From a candidate division WOR-3 bacterium (GTDB taxonomy: Bacteria; Hydrothermota; Tepidihabitantia; Tepidihabitantales; Tepidihabitantaceae): DNA of 64,000 nucleotides. Location: positions 32,001 through 96,000 of the forward strand of contig CBFGKH010000004.1 in NCBI GenBank assembly GCA_965649295.1, written 5' to 3'. Numbering within the stretch: the first letter of the stretch is position 1; every line of letters begins with the position of its first letter. A program made the translations under genes and the position numbers. This document shows positions 27,685 to 36,998 of this stretch, piece by piece. Below the pieces are notes generated by a model, which was not told the origin of the DNA, did no database searches, and was given only the letters and a program-made list of their open reading frames with translations.

Positions 27685-29374
27685 AGCTGTCGCTCGTGGT
27701 GCCTGGGAAGCAGGCTGTCACGTTGCTGCCGCCTACCCTGGCACACCCTCAACCGAAATCCTCGAAGCGCTCGCCGGTTTCAAAGATGTTTACTGCGAAT
27801 GGTCGGTGAACGAAAAAGTCGCTCTCGAAGTCGCACTTGGCGCCTCGATTGCTGGCGCCCGTGCTCTTTGCGCCATGAAACACGTGGGCCTGAATGTCGC
27901 GGCTGACCCACTTTTCTCAGCCGCTTACATTGGTGCTCGCGGCGGATTAGTCGTTGTCTCGGCCGATGACCCTGGCCTCCACTCGTCCCAGAATGAACAG
28001 GACAATCGCTACTACGGTCAGAGCGCCAAGCTACCAGTGCTCTGTCCGTCCGACAGCCGTGAGTGCCGTGAGTTCACCCGCCGGGCGTTTGCCATCTCCG
28101 AGGAATTCGACATTCCGGTGCTACTACGCCTAACCACCCGCGTGGCGCACTCAAGTGGCGTCGTCGAAGTCGGTGACCGTGAGTCACGACCGGTCAAAGG
28201 CTACGAAAGGGAGATAACAAAGAACATGATCCTACCGGCCTTTGCGCGGGTCCGTCACATTGACCTCGAGAACCGACTCGACCGCCTCAAGGCCTGGAAC
28301 AATACTAGTGAGCTCAACCGCATCGAAACTGGATCGACTGAACTCGGCGTCATCAGTGACGGTGTGGCTTACCAGTATGCTCGCGAGGTTTTCCCCGAAG
28401 CAAGCTTCCTCAAAATTGGCATGGTCTGGCCATTTCCCGACGAACTGGTCCGTGATTTCTGCCACGGGCTGAAGAAAGTTCTGGTTGTTGAAGAAGTTGA
28501 CCCCTTCATCGAAACTCAGGTCCGCGCTCTCGGCATTAGCTGCATAGGCAAAGACCGACTCCCTCGCACCAATGAACTCAGCCCCCGTGTCATCCGCGTC
28601 GCTATGTCACAGCCAGTGCCAACTATTAAGCCCGAGCCCGACCTACCGCAGCGACCACCAGCTCTCTGCCCCGGCTGTCCCCATACCGGTATCTTTTTTG
28701 CCCTGCAAAAGCAACCAGTTATCATCGGTGGCGACATCGGATGCTACACCCTCGGTGCCCTCCCGCCGCACAACGCCATGGACACCTGCGTTGACATGGG
28801 GGCCTCAATCACCATTGCTCACGGCATTGACAAAGCTCTCGGTGAACAAGACAAACGCATCCGCGTCGCCTTCATCGGTGATTCGACATTCTTCCACTCC
28901 GGCATCACTGGTCTCATCAACACTGCCTATAATCAGGCCAACGTCATTACGATAATCAGCGATAATCGCACAACCGGCATGACCGGCCACCAACCCCACC
29001 CCGGCACCGGCCAGACATTGATGGGCCAACCAGCACCAGCAATCGATCCAGCCGAGATTAGTCGTGCTTGCGGAATCAAGAATGTTGTCATTGTTGACCC
29101 CTACCGAGTTAGTGAAACCCGCAAACAGGTCCGGGCCTTGCTCAAACAAGGCGGTCCGGCTGTAATCATCTCTCGCCGCGCCTGTGCCCTGCATATCAAA
29201 CTACGCAATCCGCCGAAACAAGTCGACAAAGAGAAATGCGTCGGCTGCAAGACCTGCATCGGTCTAGGCTGTCCGGCCCTATCGTTCCGAGATGGCAAGT
29301 CCCACATCACCGCTACGGTCTGCGTCGGCTGCGGTATGTGCGTCGATGTCTGCCCCAAGGAGGCAATCGCATGA
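27656..29374 (+). CDS. iorA: Indolepyruvate:ferredoxin oxidoreductase alpha subunit
   Basis: GDEAVARGA, YPGTPSTE, MKHVGLNVAAD, RPPALCPGCPH, DIGCY, GDSTFFHSG, C-terminal 2x[4Fe-4S]. Confidence 0.95.
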   Translation: MTQKLLSGDEAVARGAWEAGCHVAAAYPGTPSTEILEALAGFKDVYCEWSVNEKVALEVALGASIAGARALCAMKHVGLNVAADPLFSAAYIGARGGLVVVSADDPGLHSSQNEQDNRYYGQSAKLPVLCPSDSRECREFTRRAFAISEEFDIPVLLRLTTRVAHSSGVVEVGDRESRPVKGYEREITKNMILPAFARVRHIDLENRLDRLKAWNNTSELNRIETGSTELGVISDGVAYQYAREVFPEASFLKIGMVWPFPDELVRDFCHGLKKVLVVEEVDPFIETQVRALGISCIGKDRLPRTNELSPRVIRVAMSQPVPTIKPEPDLPQRPPALCPGCPHTGIFFALQKQPVIIGGDIGCYTLGALPPHNAMDTCVDMGASITIAHGIDKALGEQDKRIRVAFIGDSTFFHSGITGLINTAYNQANVITIISDNRTTGMTGHQPHPGTGQTLMGQPAPAIDPAEISRACGIKNVVIVDPYRVSETRKQVRALLKQGGPAVIISRRACALHIKLRNPPKQVDKEKCVGCKTCIGLGCPALSFRDGKSHITATVCVGCGMCVDVCPKEAIA

Positions 29375-29952
29375 ACATACTGATTGCTGGAGTTGGCGGC
29401 CAGGGAGTGCTTCTCTTCTCTGATATACTCGCCAATCTCGCGCTCGCTTCTGGTCTCGATGTCAAGAAAAGCGAAGTCCACGGCATGGCCCAACGTGGCG
29501 GCAGCGTCGTCAGCCACGTCCGTTACGCACCGCGTGTCTATTCGCCGCTCATTGAAGAAGGTACCGCCGACCTCCTCGTTGCTTTCGAGGCACTGGAAGC
29601 TGTTCGCTACCTGCACTGGCTTGCTCCCAACGGCAGATTGGTCTATGATCCCCACCGCATCGATCCCTTGCCGGTGTCTATCGGCCTGATTGCAAGACCT
29701 GACGACAAGTCCCTAGCTGAACGCATTCAGGAACGAGTAAGACAAAGCGTGGCCGTGCCTGCGTTCGCCCGGGCAATCGAACTAGGCAATGCCCGAGTCC
29801 AGAACGTTGTGATGCTTGGCGCTGTCTCGCGTTTCCTCGAGTTTCATCCTGACACTTACCGTGCAGCAATCCGTAACACAGTCAAACCGACGGCAGTCGA
29901 ACTGAACCTGACCGCGTTCAATGCCGGCCGCGAGCTAGTGGCGCAAATGTAG
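29371..29952 (+). CDS. iorB: Indolepyruvate:ferredoxin oxidoreductase beta subunit
   Basis: GVGGQGV, SEVHGMAQRGGSV, NVVMLGA; ATGA overlap with iorA, SD AAGGAGG. Confidence 0.93.
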   Translation: MNILIAGVGGQGVLLFSDILANLALASGLDVKKSEVHGMAQRGGSVVSHVRYAPRVYSPLIEEGTADLLVAFEALEAVRYLHWLAPNGRLVYDPHRIDPLPVSIGLIARPDDKSLAERIQERVRQSVAVPAFARAIELGNARVQNVVMLGAVSRFLEFHPDTYRAAIRNTVKPTAVELNLTAFNAGRELVAQM

Positions 29953-30042
29953 TCGGCGGGACAGAAATCCGTTGGGCGAGTCGGGGTTCAAACGACAGGT
30001 CGGCCACGCGTAACCAGCCTGACCAGTCGACCAGAGGCACTC

Positions 30043-30070
30043 TTGACTCACGCTTGAGTCTGGCTATTCT
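30043..30070 (+). promoter_or_regulatory. Putative sigma70 promoter of gap-pgk-tpi
   Basis: TTGACT-16 nt-TATTCT. Confidence 0.55.
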
Positions 30071-30189
30071 TCTCCTGTCCACAACTAACAGTCGAGTGAC
30101 CAGCCCGAGTCTTGACCGGCTCGGCTCAGGACCACCGACCCAGGCAATACCATCTGCTACGCAGGACGCAAAGAAATCAGGAGGTTATC

Positions 30190-31200
30190 TTGGCAGCAAG
30201 ACTGGCAATCAATGGTTTCGGCCGCATCGGCCGACTCGTCGCAAGACTGGTCGCCAAACATTCGGAGCTTCAGCTCGTGGCCATCAACGACATTACCGAT
30301 GCAGCAACGCTCGGCCACCTGCTGGAGTTCGATTCGGTCCACCGTCGGTTCAATGACGTCAAGGTTGAACCCAATGCACTTGTTATTGCCGGCCGCAAGG
30401 CGATCGTCACCGCCAGCAAAGAACCGACGGGTCTACCCTGGAAAGAGCTTGGCGTCGACATCGTCATCGAGTCAACCGGTCTGTTCACAAGCTACGAAAA
30501 GGCTTCGGCTCATCTAACTGCTGGCGCCAAGAAGGTCATTATCTCAGCTCCACCCAAGAGTAGTGAGAAGCCAGTCAAGTCGCTAGTGATGGGTGTCAAT
30601 CACGAGACCTACAACCCAGCCGAAGACCATGTCATCTCTAACGCCTCTTGCACAACAAACTGCATCGTACCAATTGCCAAGGTTCTCCATGACAACTTCC
30701 AAATTCGACAGGGCTACATGACCACAGTCCACGCCTACACCAACGATCAACGCATTCTTGACCTGCCGCACAAAGACCTCCGCCGCGCCCGAGCTGCCGC
30801 ATTATCAATGATTCCTACCTCCACTGGTGCTGCCAAGCTCATTGGTGTCGTCTTCCCCGAGCTAAGCGGCAAGATAGACGGCGTCGCAATTCGCGTGCCC
30901 ACTGCTGATGTCTCAATTGTGGATTTCGCTTGCGTAGTCGAAAAACCGACCAAGGTTGAAGAAGTCAACACCGCGTTCGCGGCAGCTGCCGCTGGCCCAC
31001 TCAAAGGCATCATCGAATACGAATCCCGGCCGTTGGTTTCCATTGACATGACTGGCAATCCGCATTCGGCGATTGTCGATGCCGGCCTGACCGCGGTTGT
31101 TGACAACAGGCTGGTCAAGGTCTTTGCCTGGTACGATAACGAATTCGGATATGCCAACCGACTTGTTGACCTATCGGCGTACGTCGCTGCCCGACTGTAA
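30190..31200 (+). CDS. gap: Type I glyceraldehyde-3-phosphate dehydrogenase
   Basis: INGFGRIGR, SNASCTTNC, WYDNE; TTG start after AGGAGG. Confidence 0.96.
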   Translation: MAARLAINGFGRIGRLVARLVAKHSELQLVAINDITDAATLGHLLEFDSVHRRFNDVKVEPNALVIAGRKAIVTASKEPTGLPWKELGVDIVIESTGLFTSYEKASAHLTAGAKKVIISAPPKSSEKPVKSLVMGVNHETYNPAEDHVISNASCTTNCIVPIAKVLHDNFQIRQGYMTTVHAYTNDQRILDLPHKDLRRARAAALSMIPTSTGAAKLIGVVFPELSGKIDGVAIRVPTADVSIVDFACVVEKPTKVEEVNTAFAAAAAGPLKGIIEYESRPLVSIDMTGNPHSAIVDAGLTAVVDNRLVKVFAWYDNEFGYANRLVDLSAYVAARL

Positions 31201-32385
31201 GTGATGAACAAACTATCGGTTCGTGACATTACGGTAACCGGTAAACGTGTCCTGGTTCGTGTTGACTTCAATGTCCCACTGCAACCCGATGGTTCCATTC
31301 GTTCTGATGCCCGCATTCGTGCAGCCCTACCAACGATCCGGTTTCTCCTCGAACGCAAAGCAACAGTAATACTAATCTCTCATCTGGGCAAGGCTAAGGG
31401 GCAACCCGACCCTGCTTTCAGCCTGCGTCCCGTCGCTATCAGACTGCAAGAATTGCTCGGCGAGCCGGTACGATTCCTGTCCGAGCCAATCGGACCTGAA
31501 GTAAGAGCAGCGATTGCCAAGTCACCCCCAAGTTCGATTCTGCTGCTGGAAAACCTGCGGTTCTACCCAGGCGAAACTGCCAATGACCCTGACTTCTCTC
31601 GGCAACTCGCTGAACTCGGAGAAATCTACGTTAACGACGCATTCGGCGTTGCCCACCGCGCCCACGCCTCGACCACCGGCGTCGCTCGATTATTCGCTCA
31701 GCCCTGCGCTGGTCTACTGCTAGAGAAGGAAATCGACTTCCTGAGCCGAGTTACCGAATCACCGCGAAAGCCCTATGTGGCAGTCATCGGCGGTGCCAAG
31801 GTCTCAGATAAGGCTGGCGTTATCGCCAACCTTCTGCCCAAAGTAGACCGGATGCTGATCGGCGGCGGCGCGGCTTTTAGCTTCTTCCGAGCCTGGGGAC
31901 TGGCCATTGGCAAGTCTATCTGGGAGCCGGAACTCGAAGCCACGGTGCGCCCGCTTGCCACCAACCCCAAGCTGTTGCTGCCGACCGATATCGTCGCCGC
32001 GCCAGCGATCGACGCCAGTGACAAGGCAACCGTGGTTCGTGCCGATTCTATCCCAACCGACCAAGCCGGGTTCGACATAGGGCCTGATTCCTGTCAGCAG
32101 TTTGCCGCTGCTCTGGCCGACGCCGAAACGGTGGTCTGGGCCGGTCCGCTCGGCGTGTTCGAGATCGACGCATTTGCCCATGGCACTGCGGCAGTAGCCC
32201 AAGCAATCGCGACCGCCACTGCTCGCGGAGCTACAACCGTGGTCGGTGGTGGCGATACTGGTGCAGCCGTTGCTCGTTTGGGTCTCGCCAACCAAGTTAG
32301 CCACATCTCAACGGGCGGTAGCGCCTGTCTCAAGTTTCTCGAAGGGACAGCCTTACCGGCAATCGCAGCCTTAGCCGACAAATGA
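31201..32385 (+). CDS. pgk: Phosphoglycerate kinase
   Basis: RVDFNVP, LLENLRF, NDAFG.AHRAHAS, GGAKVSDK, HISTGG. Confidence 0.96.
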   Translation: MMNKLSVRDITVTGKRVLVRVDFNVPLQPDGSIRSDARIRAALPTIRFLLERKATVILISHLGKAKGQPDPAFSLRPVAIRLQELLGEPVRFLSEPIGPEVRAAIAKSPPSSILLLENLRFYPGETANDPDFSRQLAELGEIYVNDAFGVAHRAHASTTGVARLFAQPCAGLLLEKEIDFLSRVTESPRKPYVAVIGGAKVSDKAGVIANLLPKVDRMLIGGGAAFSFFRAWGLAIGKSIWEPELEATVRPLATNPKLLLPTDIVAAPAIDASDKATVVRADSIPTDQAGFDIGPDSCQQFAAALADAETVVWAGPLGVFEIDAFAHGTAAVAQAIATATARGATTVVGGGDTGAAVARLGLANQVSHISTGGSACLKFLEGTALPAIAALADK

Positions 32386-33140
32386 ATCCTGAACGTCTTC
32401 CGTTGATAGCCGGCAACTGGAAAATGAACAAAGGCCCTGCCGCAGCCGGTGAATTTGCTCAGGCTCTTGCTCATAAGTTGAGCACTATTGATGACCGTGA
32501 AGTTGCTGTCTTCCCGCCGTTCACTGCCATTCCGGCGGTCGCGGCCCAGCTACGCGGCTCAACCATTGCCTGGGGTGCTCAGAATATGCACTGGGGAGAC
32601 TCGGGCGCCTTTACCGGCGAGATTGCTGCAAGTTTCCTAGTCGAACTCGGCTGTCGGTTTGTCATCGTCGGTCACTCTGAACGCCGAACCATCTTTGGCG
32701 AAAGCGATACCGACTGCAATCGCAAGATACTGGCAGCACTGCAGGCGGGCCTTGTACCCATCCTCTGCGTCGGCGAGTCACTAGCCGAGCGTGAAGCTGG
32801 AACAACTAGCGCCGTCATCGAACAGCAACTCGCCGCCGGCCTGGCTAGTGTCAATCCAAACGCCGAGCTGGTTGTGGCCTACGAACCGGTCTGGGCAATT
32901 GGTACCGGTCGCACTGCGACACCCGCCCAGGCAGCGGCAGTTCACGCCCAGATACGCAACTGGCTCAGCCGACAAATCGCTGGCGGTCTGGCCAGCCGAA
33001 CGCGCATTCTCTACGGCGGCAGTGTGACTCCTGAATCGATTGACGCACTGATGGCCGCATCTGAGATTGACGGAGTGTTGGTTGGCGGTGCCAGCCTTCA
33101 CATTGAACGGTTCTGTCGGATTGTCCGTTTCCAGTCATGA
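32382..33140 (+). CDS. tpiA: Triosephosphate isomerase
   Basis: AGNWKM, GHSERR, AYEPVWAIGTG, YGGSV, LVGGASL. Confidence 0.96.
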   Translation: MNPERLPLIAGNWKMNKGPAAAGEFAQALAHKLSTIDDREVAVFPPFTAIPAVAAQLRGSTIAWGAQNMHWGDSGAFTGEIAASFLVELGCRFVIVGHSERRTIFGESDTDCNRKILAALQAGLVPILCVGESLAEREAGTTSAVIEQQLAAGLASVNPNAELVVAYEPVWAIGTGRTATPAQAAAVHAQIRNWLSRQIAGGLASRTRILYGGSVTPESIDALMAASEIDGVLVGGASLHIERFCRIVRFQS

Positions 33141-33207
33141 GCTTCCCAGTGCGACTTGACTTCGTTTCCAGCAATAGTAAGCTAGGCTGAATCAAGGAGA
33201 ATCACCG

Positions 33208-33510
33208 ATGTATGGAGTTCTGATCTTCTTCCACCTGCTGGTTGCGGTTCTGCTGGTACTGGTTGTCCTCATACAGCAACCGCAGAAAGGTGGCATGGCA
33301 TCAATTCTTGGCGGCGGCGAGAGCGTTTTCGGCGGTGGCGGCGCTGCCCCGTTTATGGCCAAAGTGACTACCGGCCTGGCAGTTGCCTTCATGGTCACTT
33401 CCCTTGGGTTGGTGCTGATTTCTGCACGACGAGCTCGGCCCAACGTTGTTCCCCGTACTACCCAGAGCCAGCCAACACCCGCTCCCGCCGAACAACCGAT
33501 TGGGAGGTAA
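33208..33510 (+). CDS. secG: Preprotein translocase subunit SecG
   Basis: Two TM helices flanking Q..KGG...GGG..FG; follows tpiA; SD AAGGAG; upstream TTGACT-16-TAAGCT. Confidence 0.9.
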   Translation: MYGVLIFFHLLVAVLLVLVVLIQQPQKGGMASILGGGESVFGGGGAAPFMAKVTTGLAVAFMVTSLGLVLISARRARPNVVPRTTQSQPTPAPAEQPIGR

Positions 33511-33513
33511 CCA

Positions 33514-33828
33514 ATGTATGCGGTCGTCCGTGTCGCTGGAACCCAGCACCTAGTAAAGGAAGGTGACGTTCTACTAGTCCCCCACCAGCAGGCCGAGCCT
33601 GGAACCACATTGATACTTGACGACATCCTCGCGCTCCACAACGACAAGAGATTCACTATCGGTCAACCACGTATCCCTAGTGCCACAGTTGAGGCTGTGG
33701 TCGTCGATCAACCCCGACTCCCCAAAGTGACAACGATCAAGTTCATTCGTCGCGAGAACTACCGCCGGCGCAAAGGCCACCGTCAGCAAGTGACCAAGGT
33801 CCGCATAACCAGCATCAAAACCGGTTAG
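33514..33828 (+). CDS. rplU: 50S ribosomal protein L21
   Basis: MYAVV..G.Q..V.EGD, IGQP, RRENYRRRKGHRQ..T.V.I. Confidence 0.93.
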   Translation: MYAVVRVAGTQHLVKEGDVLLVPHQQAEPGTTLILDDILALHNDKRFTIGQPRIPSATVEAVVVDQPRLPKVTTIKFIRRENYRRRKGHRQQVTKVRITSIKTG

Positions 33829-33858
33829 ACTAGACAATGGCTTCTTTAGGAGTAACCA

Positions 33859-34710
33859 ATGAAGAATAGTGTCTTGCTTAGTACCTTGGCTGTACTGTTC
33901 TGCTTTCTCCCTGTCAGCGCTCAGAATTTGTTGCTGAACGGTCAGTTTTCGTTCTGGAACGGACCACGCCAACCCTTGGGTTGGACGGTGGAAAGTCTGT
34001 CTCTCGCCGGCGTTGACCAGGACAGCTTAACAACCTACTCCGTGCCATATTCCGCACGAATTACCCGCAACGTCGCTGGCACCGGCAGCAACTTCGGGCT
34101 CCGGCAGTACGTTTCGGTCGTCCCCAACACCCGATATACCCTTTCCGCTTGGTGTTACGATGACGACCCCAACGCGCGCGGCGGCATCCTTATTACTTGG
34201 ACACGAGCTGATTCGACATCGCTTGGCAGCACAGCCCCGATCTACAGCGACTCAGCAGTTCACGGTTGGCAGCTACTGTCCGGTAGTTTCACCTCACCGG
34301 ACAGCGCATCCCTGCGCTTTGCGAAAGTATTGATGCGCATCTACGGTTTCACTGGCGGTCCAGCAGGCGGTGTCGTGTACTATGATGACGCCAATTTCGC
34401 AGTCTCAGCGATTGCTGAAGAAAGAGCTTCTATCCTGCTACGCCCCGAATTGAGTATCGGTTCGTCAATCAGCTCTGGCCAAATTCGTGTATCGGTCAAC
34501 CTTCCCCAATCGGCTACCATCACCATCGCTGTCTACGACCTGACTGGAACCCGACGTGCTGAACTCTTCTCCGGCCGTCTGACCACTGGCCACCATGACA
34601 TCGCGATCAGTGCGACGAGCATAGGGGCCCTAGCCAATGGCCTCTATTTCGTCGTAATGGAAGGGGCAGCGCCAACAGCGATCGTCCAGAAGCTTGCGCT
34701 GCAACGGTAG
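33859..34710 (+). CDS. Secreted CBM-like (galactose-binding fold) protein with T9SS-type CTD
   Basis: Signal peptide; NLLLNGQF..W..P.GW; C-terminal VYDLTG...LANGLYFV..QKLALQR. Confidence 0.72.
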   Translation: MKNSVLLSTLAVLFCFLPVSAQNLLLNGQFSFWNGPRQPLGWTVESLSLAGVDQDSLTTYSVPYSARITRNVAGTGSNFGLRQYVSVVPNTRYTLSAWCYDDDPNARGGILITWTRADSTSLGSTAPIYSDSAVHGWQLLSGSFTSPDSASLRFAKVLMRIYGFTGGPAGGVVYYDDANFAVSAIAEERASILLRPELSIGSSISSGQIRVSVNLPQSATITIAVYDLTGTRRAELFSGRLTTGHHDIAISATSIGALANGLYFVVMEGAAPTAIVQKLALQR

Positions 34711-34716
34711 CCGGAT

Positions 34717-36282
34717 ATGAAGCATCTTTCGCTTCTTATCGCCATATTACTTGTGCTACCTGCACAGGCCCAGCCACAGGGCACACTACTCTGGTCGTTC
34801 GAAGGCAACGACGGCATCTACGCGACGATTGCCATACCCGATGTTGACGGCGATTCGCTACCTGACGCAGTCGGTGCAATCTACTACAGCGCCTACCCAT
34901 CTGACCCACGTAAAGTCTACTGCCTTGCTGGACAAACCGGTGAAACACTCTGGGTCAATCGAACTGCTTACGGCACCTGGGGTAACAAGGGTCTTACTCC
35001 CGCGGCCGATTTCAATCACAATGGGCACCCCGACATTCTGCTCGGAACAACCGGTATGTCCGTGCCACCGGGGAGGTCGTGCATCGCCATTGACGGTCTT
35101 ACCGGACAGAACATCTGGGTCTATTCTCGTGGTGACACTTGGGGCTGGGTCTACTCGGTAAGTAGGTTCGTTGACGTCGACAGCGACGGAACCGACGATG
35201 CCCTTGCTGGCGTTGGTGGTACCTACAATGACCGGTCTGGCCATGCTGTGCTAATCTCTGGCGCCACTGGCCTCCCGATTTGGACATTTCGCATACCTTT
35301 TGACGGGTGCCAAGACATTGCAACGCTATCCGACATCAACAGTGATTCGGTACCAGAGGTTCTTGCCGCGGCTGGCGGCAACAGTCTTGACAATCGCGTC
35401 TTTTGTCTCAGTGGTAGAACCGGCACACCACTCTGGCAGTTTCAGACCAGTGCATCTGTCTCCGATGTATCAGCTATCAGCGACCTGAACGGCTCCGGAA
35501 CACCTGACTGCGTCAGTGGTGGCTGGGATTACTACGTTCGCTGTCTCGAAGGTTCTACTGGCGCGCTGATCTGGAGTTCATACCTCGGGTCGGGTCGTAT
35601 CGTGATGGAACTCGTGCCGATACGCGACGTCAACTCCGACGGGCTGGACGATGTTGTCGTTGGTTCGTGGAGCAACCAAGTTACCGTACTTTCCGGTGCG
35701 AACGGGTCAGCTATCTGGTCAGGCATTGTCGGCGCTGATGTCTGGACAGTTGACACTCTTGCTGACGTAACTGGTGATTCGATCCCTGAAGTCGTGGCTG
35801 GCTGTCTCGGCAGCGGCAACGGCGTGGTCAAAGTATTTGACGGTACCAATGGAGTCGCGCTCTGGCAGTACAACTTCGCTGAACGTGTCTACGATGTTAC
35901 TGGTGCACCTGACATGAACGGCGACGGTTGGCCTGATGTACTCGTTGGTCTCCAGGACCACGAGAACCTAGCTGACCATTTCTACTGTTTCAGTGGCCGG
36001 CCGCCGACCGCCACCAACGAAGCTGACATTTTCTCATTGCGTTTGACAAGCAGCCCAAATCCCACCCGTCAACCAATGCTGGTTCTCAACGTTTCCGCGC
36101 CGATCGAGTACAGAATGACCGTATTCGATCCGACTGGAAGACAACTCGCTGTCACCACGGGAACTGCCAACGTTGGTACCGATTCAGTGATTCGGCTCCC
36201 AGCCACTGGTCGCGGGACGCGTTTTGTTCAACTAACTCTAGCTGATGGCCACAGGGCCACAGTCAAATTGATTTCGCCATGA
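34717..36282 (+). CDS. Secreted FG-GAP/PQQ-like beta-propeller protein with DxDxDG loops and T9SS-type CTD
   Basis: Repeated D(V/I)(D/N)xDxxxD and G.TG..(L/I)W motifs; SPNP...VFDPTGR C-terminus. Confidence 0.75.
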   Translation: MKHLSLLIAILLVLPAQAQPQGTLLWSFEGNDGIYATIAIPDVDGDSLPDAVGAIYYSAYPSDPRKVYCLAGQTGETLWVNRTAYGTWGNKGLTPAADFNHNGHPDILLGTTGMSVPPGRSCIAIDGLTGQNIWVYSRGDTWGWVYSVSRFVDVDSDGTDDALAGVGGTYNDRSGHAVLISGATGLPIWTFRIPFDGCQDIATLSDINSDSVPEVLAAAGGNSLDNRVFCLSGRTGTPLWQFQTSASVSDVSAISDLNGSGTPDCVSGGWDYYVRCLEGSTGALIWSSYLGSGRIVMELVPIRDVNSDGLDDVVVGSWSNQVTVLSGANGSAIWSGIVGADVWTVDTLADVTGDSIPEVVAGCLGSGNGVVKVFDGTNGVALWQYNFAERVYDVTGAPDMNGDGWPDVLVGLQDHENLADHFYCFSGRPPTATNEADIFSLRLTSSPNPTRQPMLVLNVSAPIEYRMTVFDPTGRQLAVTTGTANVGTDSVIRLPATGRGTRFVQLTLADGHRATVKLISP

Positions 36283-36322
36283 GAAGCAAAAAAGCTCACC
36301 GACCAACTCGAAAGGAACTCCA

Positions 36323-36823
36323 ATGGAACAGACTGCTCTTGCCAAGATAGAAAAACTAGGGAAGGCGGTCCTGAACATGACTCAGGCCGACCTTGCTCGT
36401 GCCGTCGGCGTCTCGCGGGAGAGAATCCGTCAGTTGCTTCCGCGCATGAAGATCAAGCCTGGCAAACGTGTCCGCGCTTGGCATCGATCGGTGTCTCGCA
36501 AAGTCTGCGAGGCCATGGCCCGACTTCATGACCAAGGCATGTCACTTACCGCCATCGGCAAGCGCTACAATGTCAGTGACTATCACGTGCGTGAGGCCAT
36601 TCGTCAGGTTCGCCCCACCATCGACCCTGCCGGTCGCATTCAGCGTCAGGTACGTCAGCGCCAGATTCGCGAGCTCCTTGACCGAGGCCTAACTTTTGAA
36701 CAGGCGTGCGACAAGCTTGGTTTCAGCGGGTTACAGCGCCGACGCTATCGCCGCCAGATGGGCTTTAAGTGGCAGGGTACCAAGACGGTCGCCGCGACAC
36801 GCCCAAAGTCCCGACGCAGCTAA
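36323..36823 (+). CDS. Basic multi-HTH DNA-binding protein
   Basis: TQADLARAVGVSRERIRQL, GMSLTAIGKRYNVS, GLTFEQACDKLGFS; SD AAGGA. Confidence 0.7.
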   Translation: MEQTALAKIEKLGKAVLNMTQADLARAVGVSRERIRQLLPRMKIKPGKRVRAWHRSVSRKVCEAMARLHDQGMSLTAIGKRYNVSDYHVREAIRQVRPTIDPAGRIQRQVRQRQIRELLDRGLTFEQACDKLGFSGLQRRRYRRQMGFKWQGTKTVAATRPKSRRS

Positions 36824-36842
36824 CACTCCGAATAGCTATCCA

Positions 36843-36872
36843 TGGCGGCCCGCGATAGTTTGCGGGCCGCCA
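36843..36872. terminator. Hairpin between convergent HTH gene and tRNA-Val (possibly bidirectional terminator)
   Basis: TGGCGGCCCGCG-atagtt-TGCGGGCCGCCA. Confidence 0.65.
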
Positions 36873-36882
36873 GATACCACAG

Positions 36883-36956
36883 TGGGCGATACTAGAGTCG
36901 AACTAGTGACCTCTGGTATGTGAGACCAGCGCTCTAACCAACTGAGCTAATCGCCC
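36883..36956 (-). tRNA. tRNA-Val(CAC), CCA not encoded
   Basis: GGGCGATTAGCTCAGTTGGTTAGAGCG-CTGGT-CTCACAT-ACCAG-AGGTC-ACTAGTTCGACTCTAGT-ATCGCCC-A cloverleaf. Confidence 0.95.
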
Positions 36957-36970
36957 TCGTTTTGATGAGA

Positions 36971-36998
36971 ATTGTAGTCGACCAGTGTAACCTGTCAA
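36971..36998 (-). promoter_or_regulatory. sigma70 promoter of tRNA-Val
   Basis: TTGACA-16 nt-TACAAT on minus strand. Confidence 0.7.
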
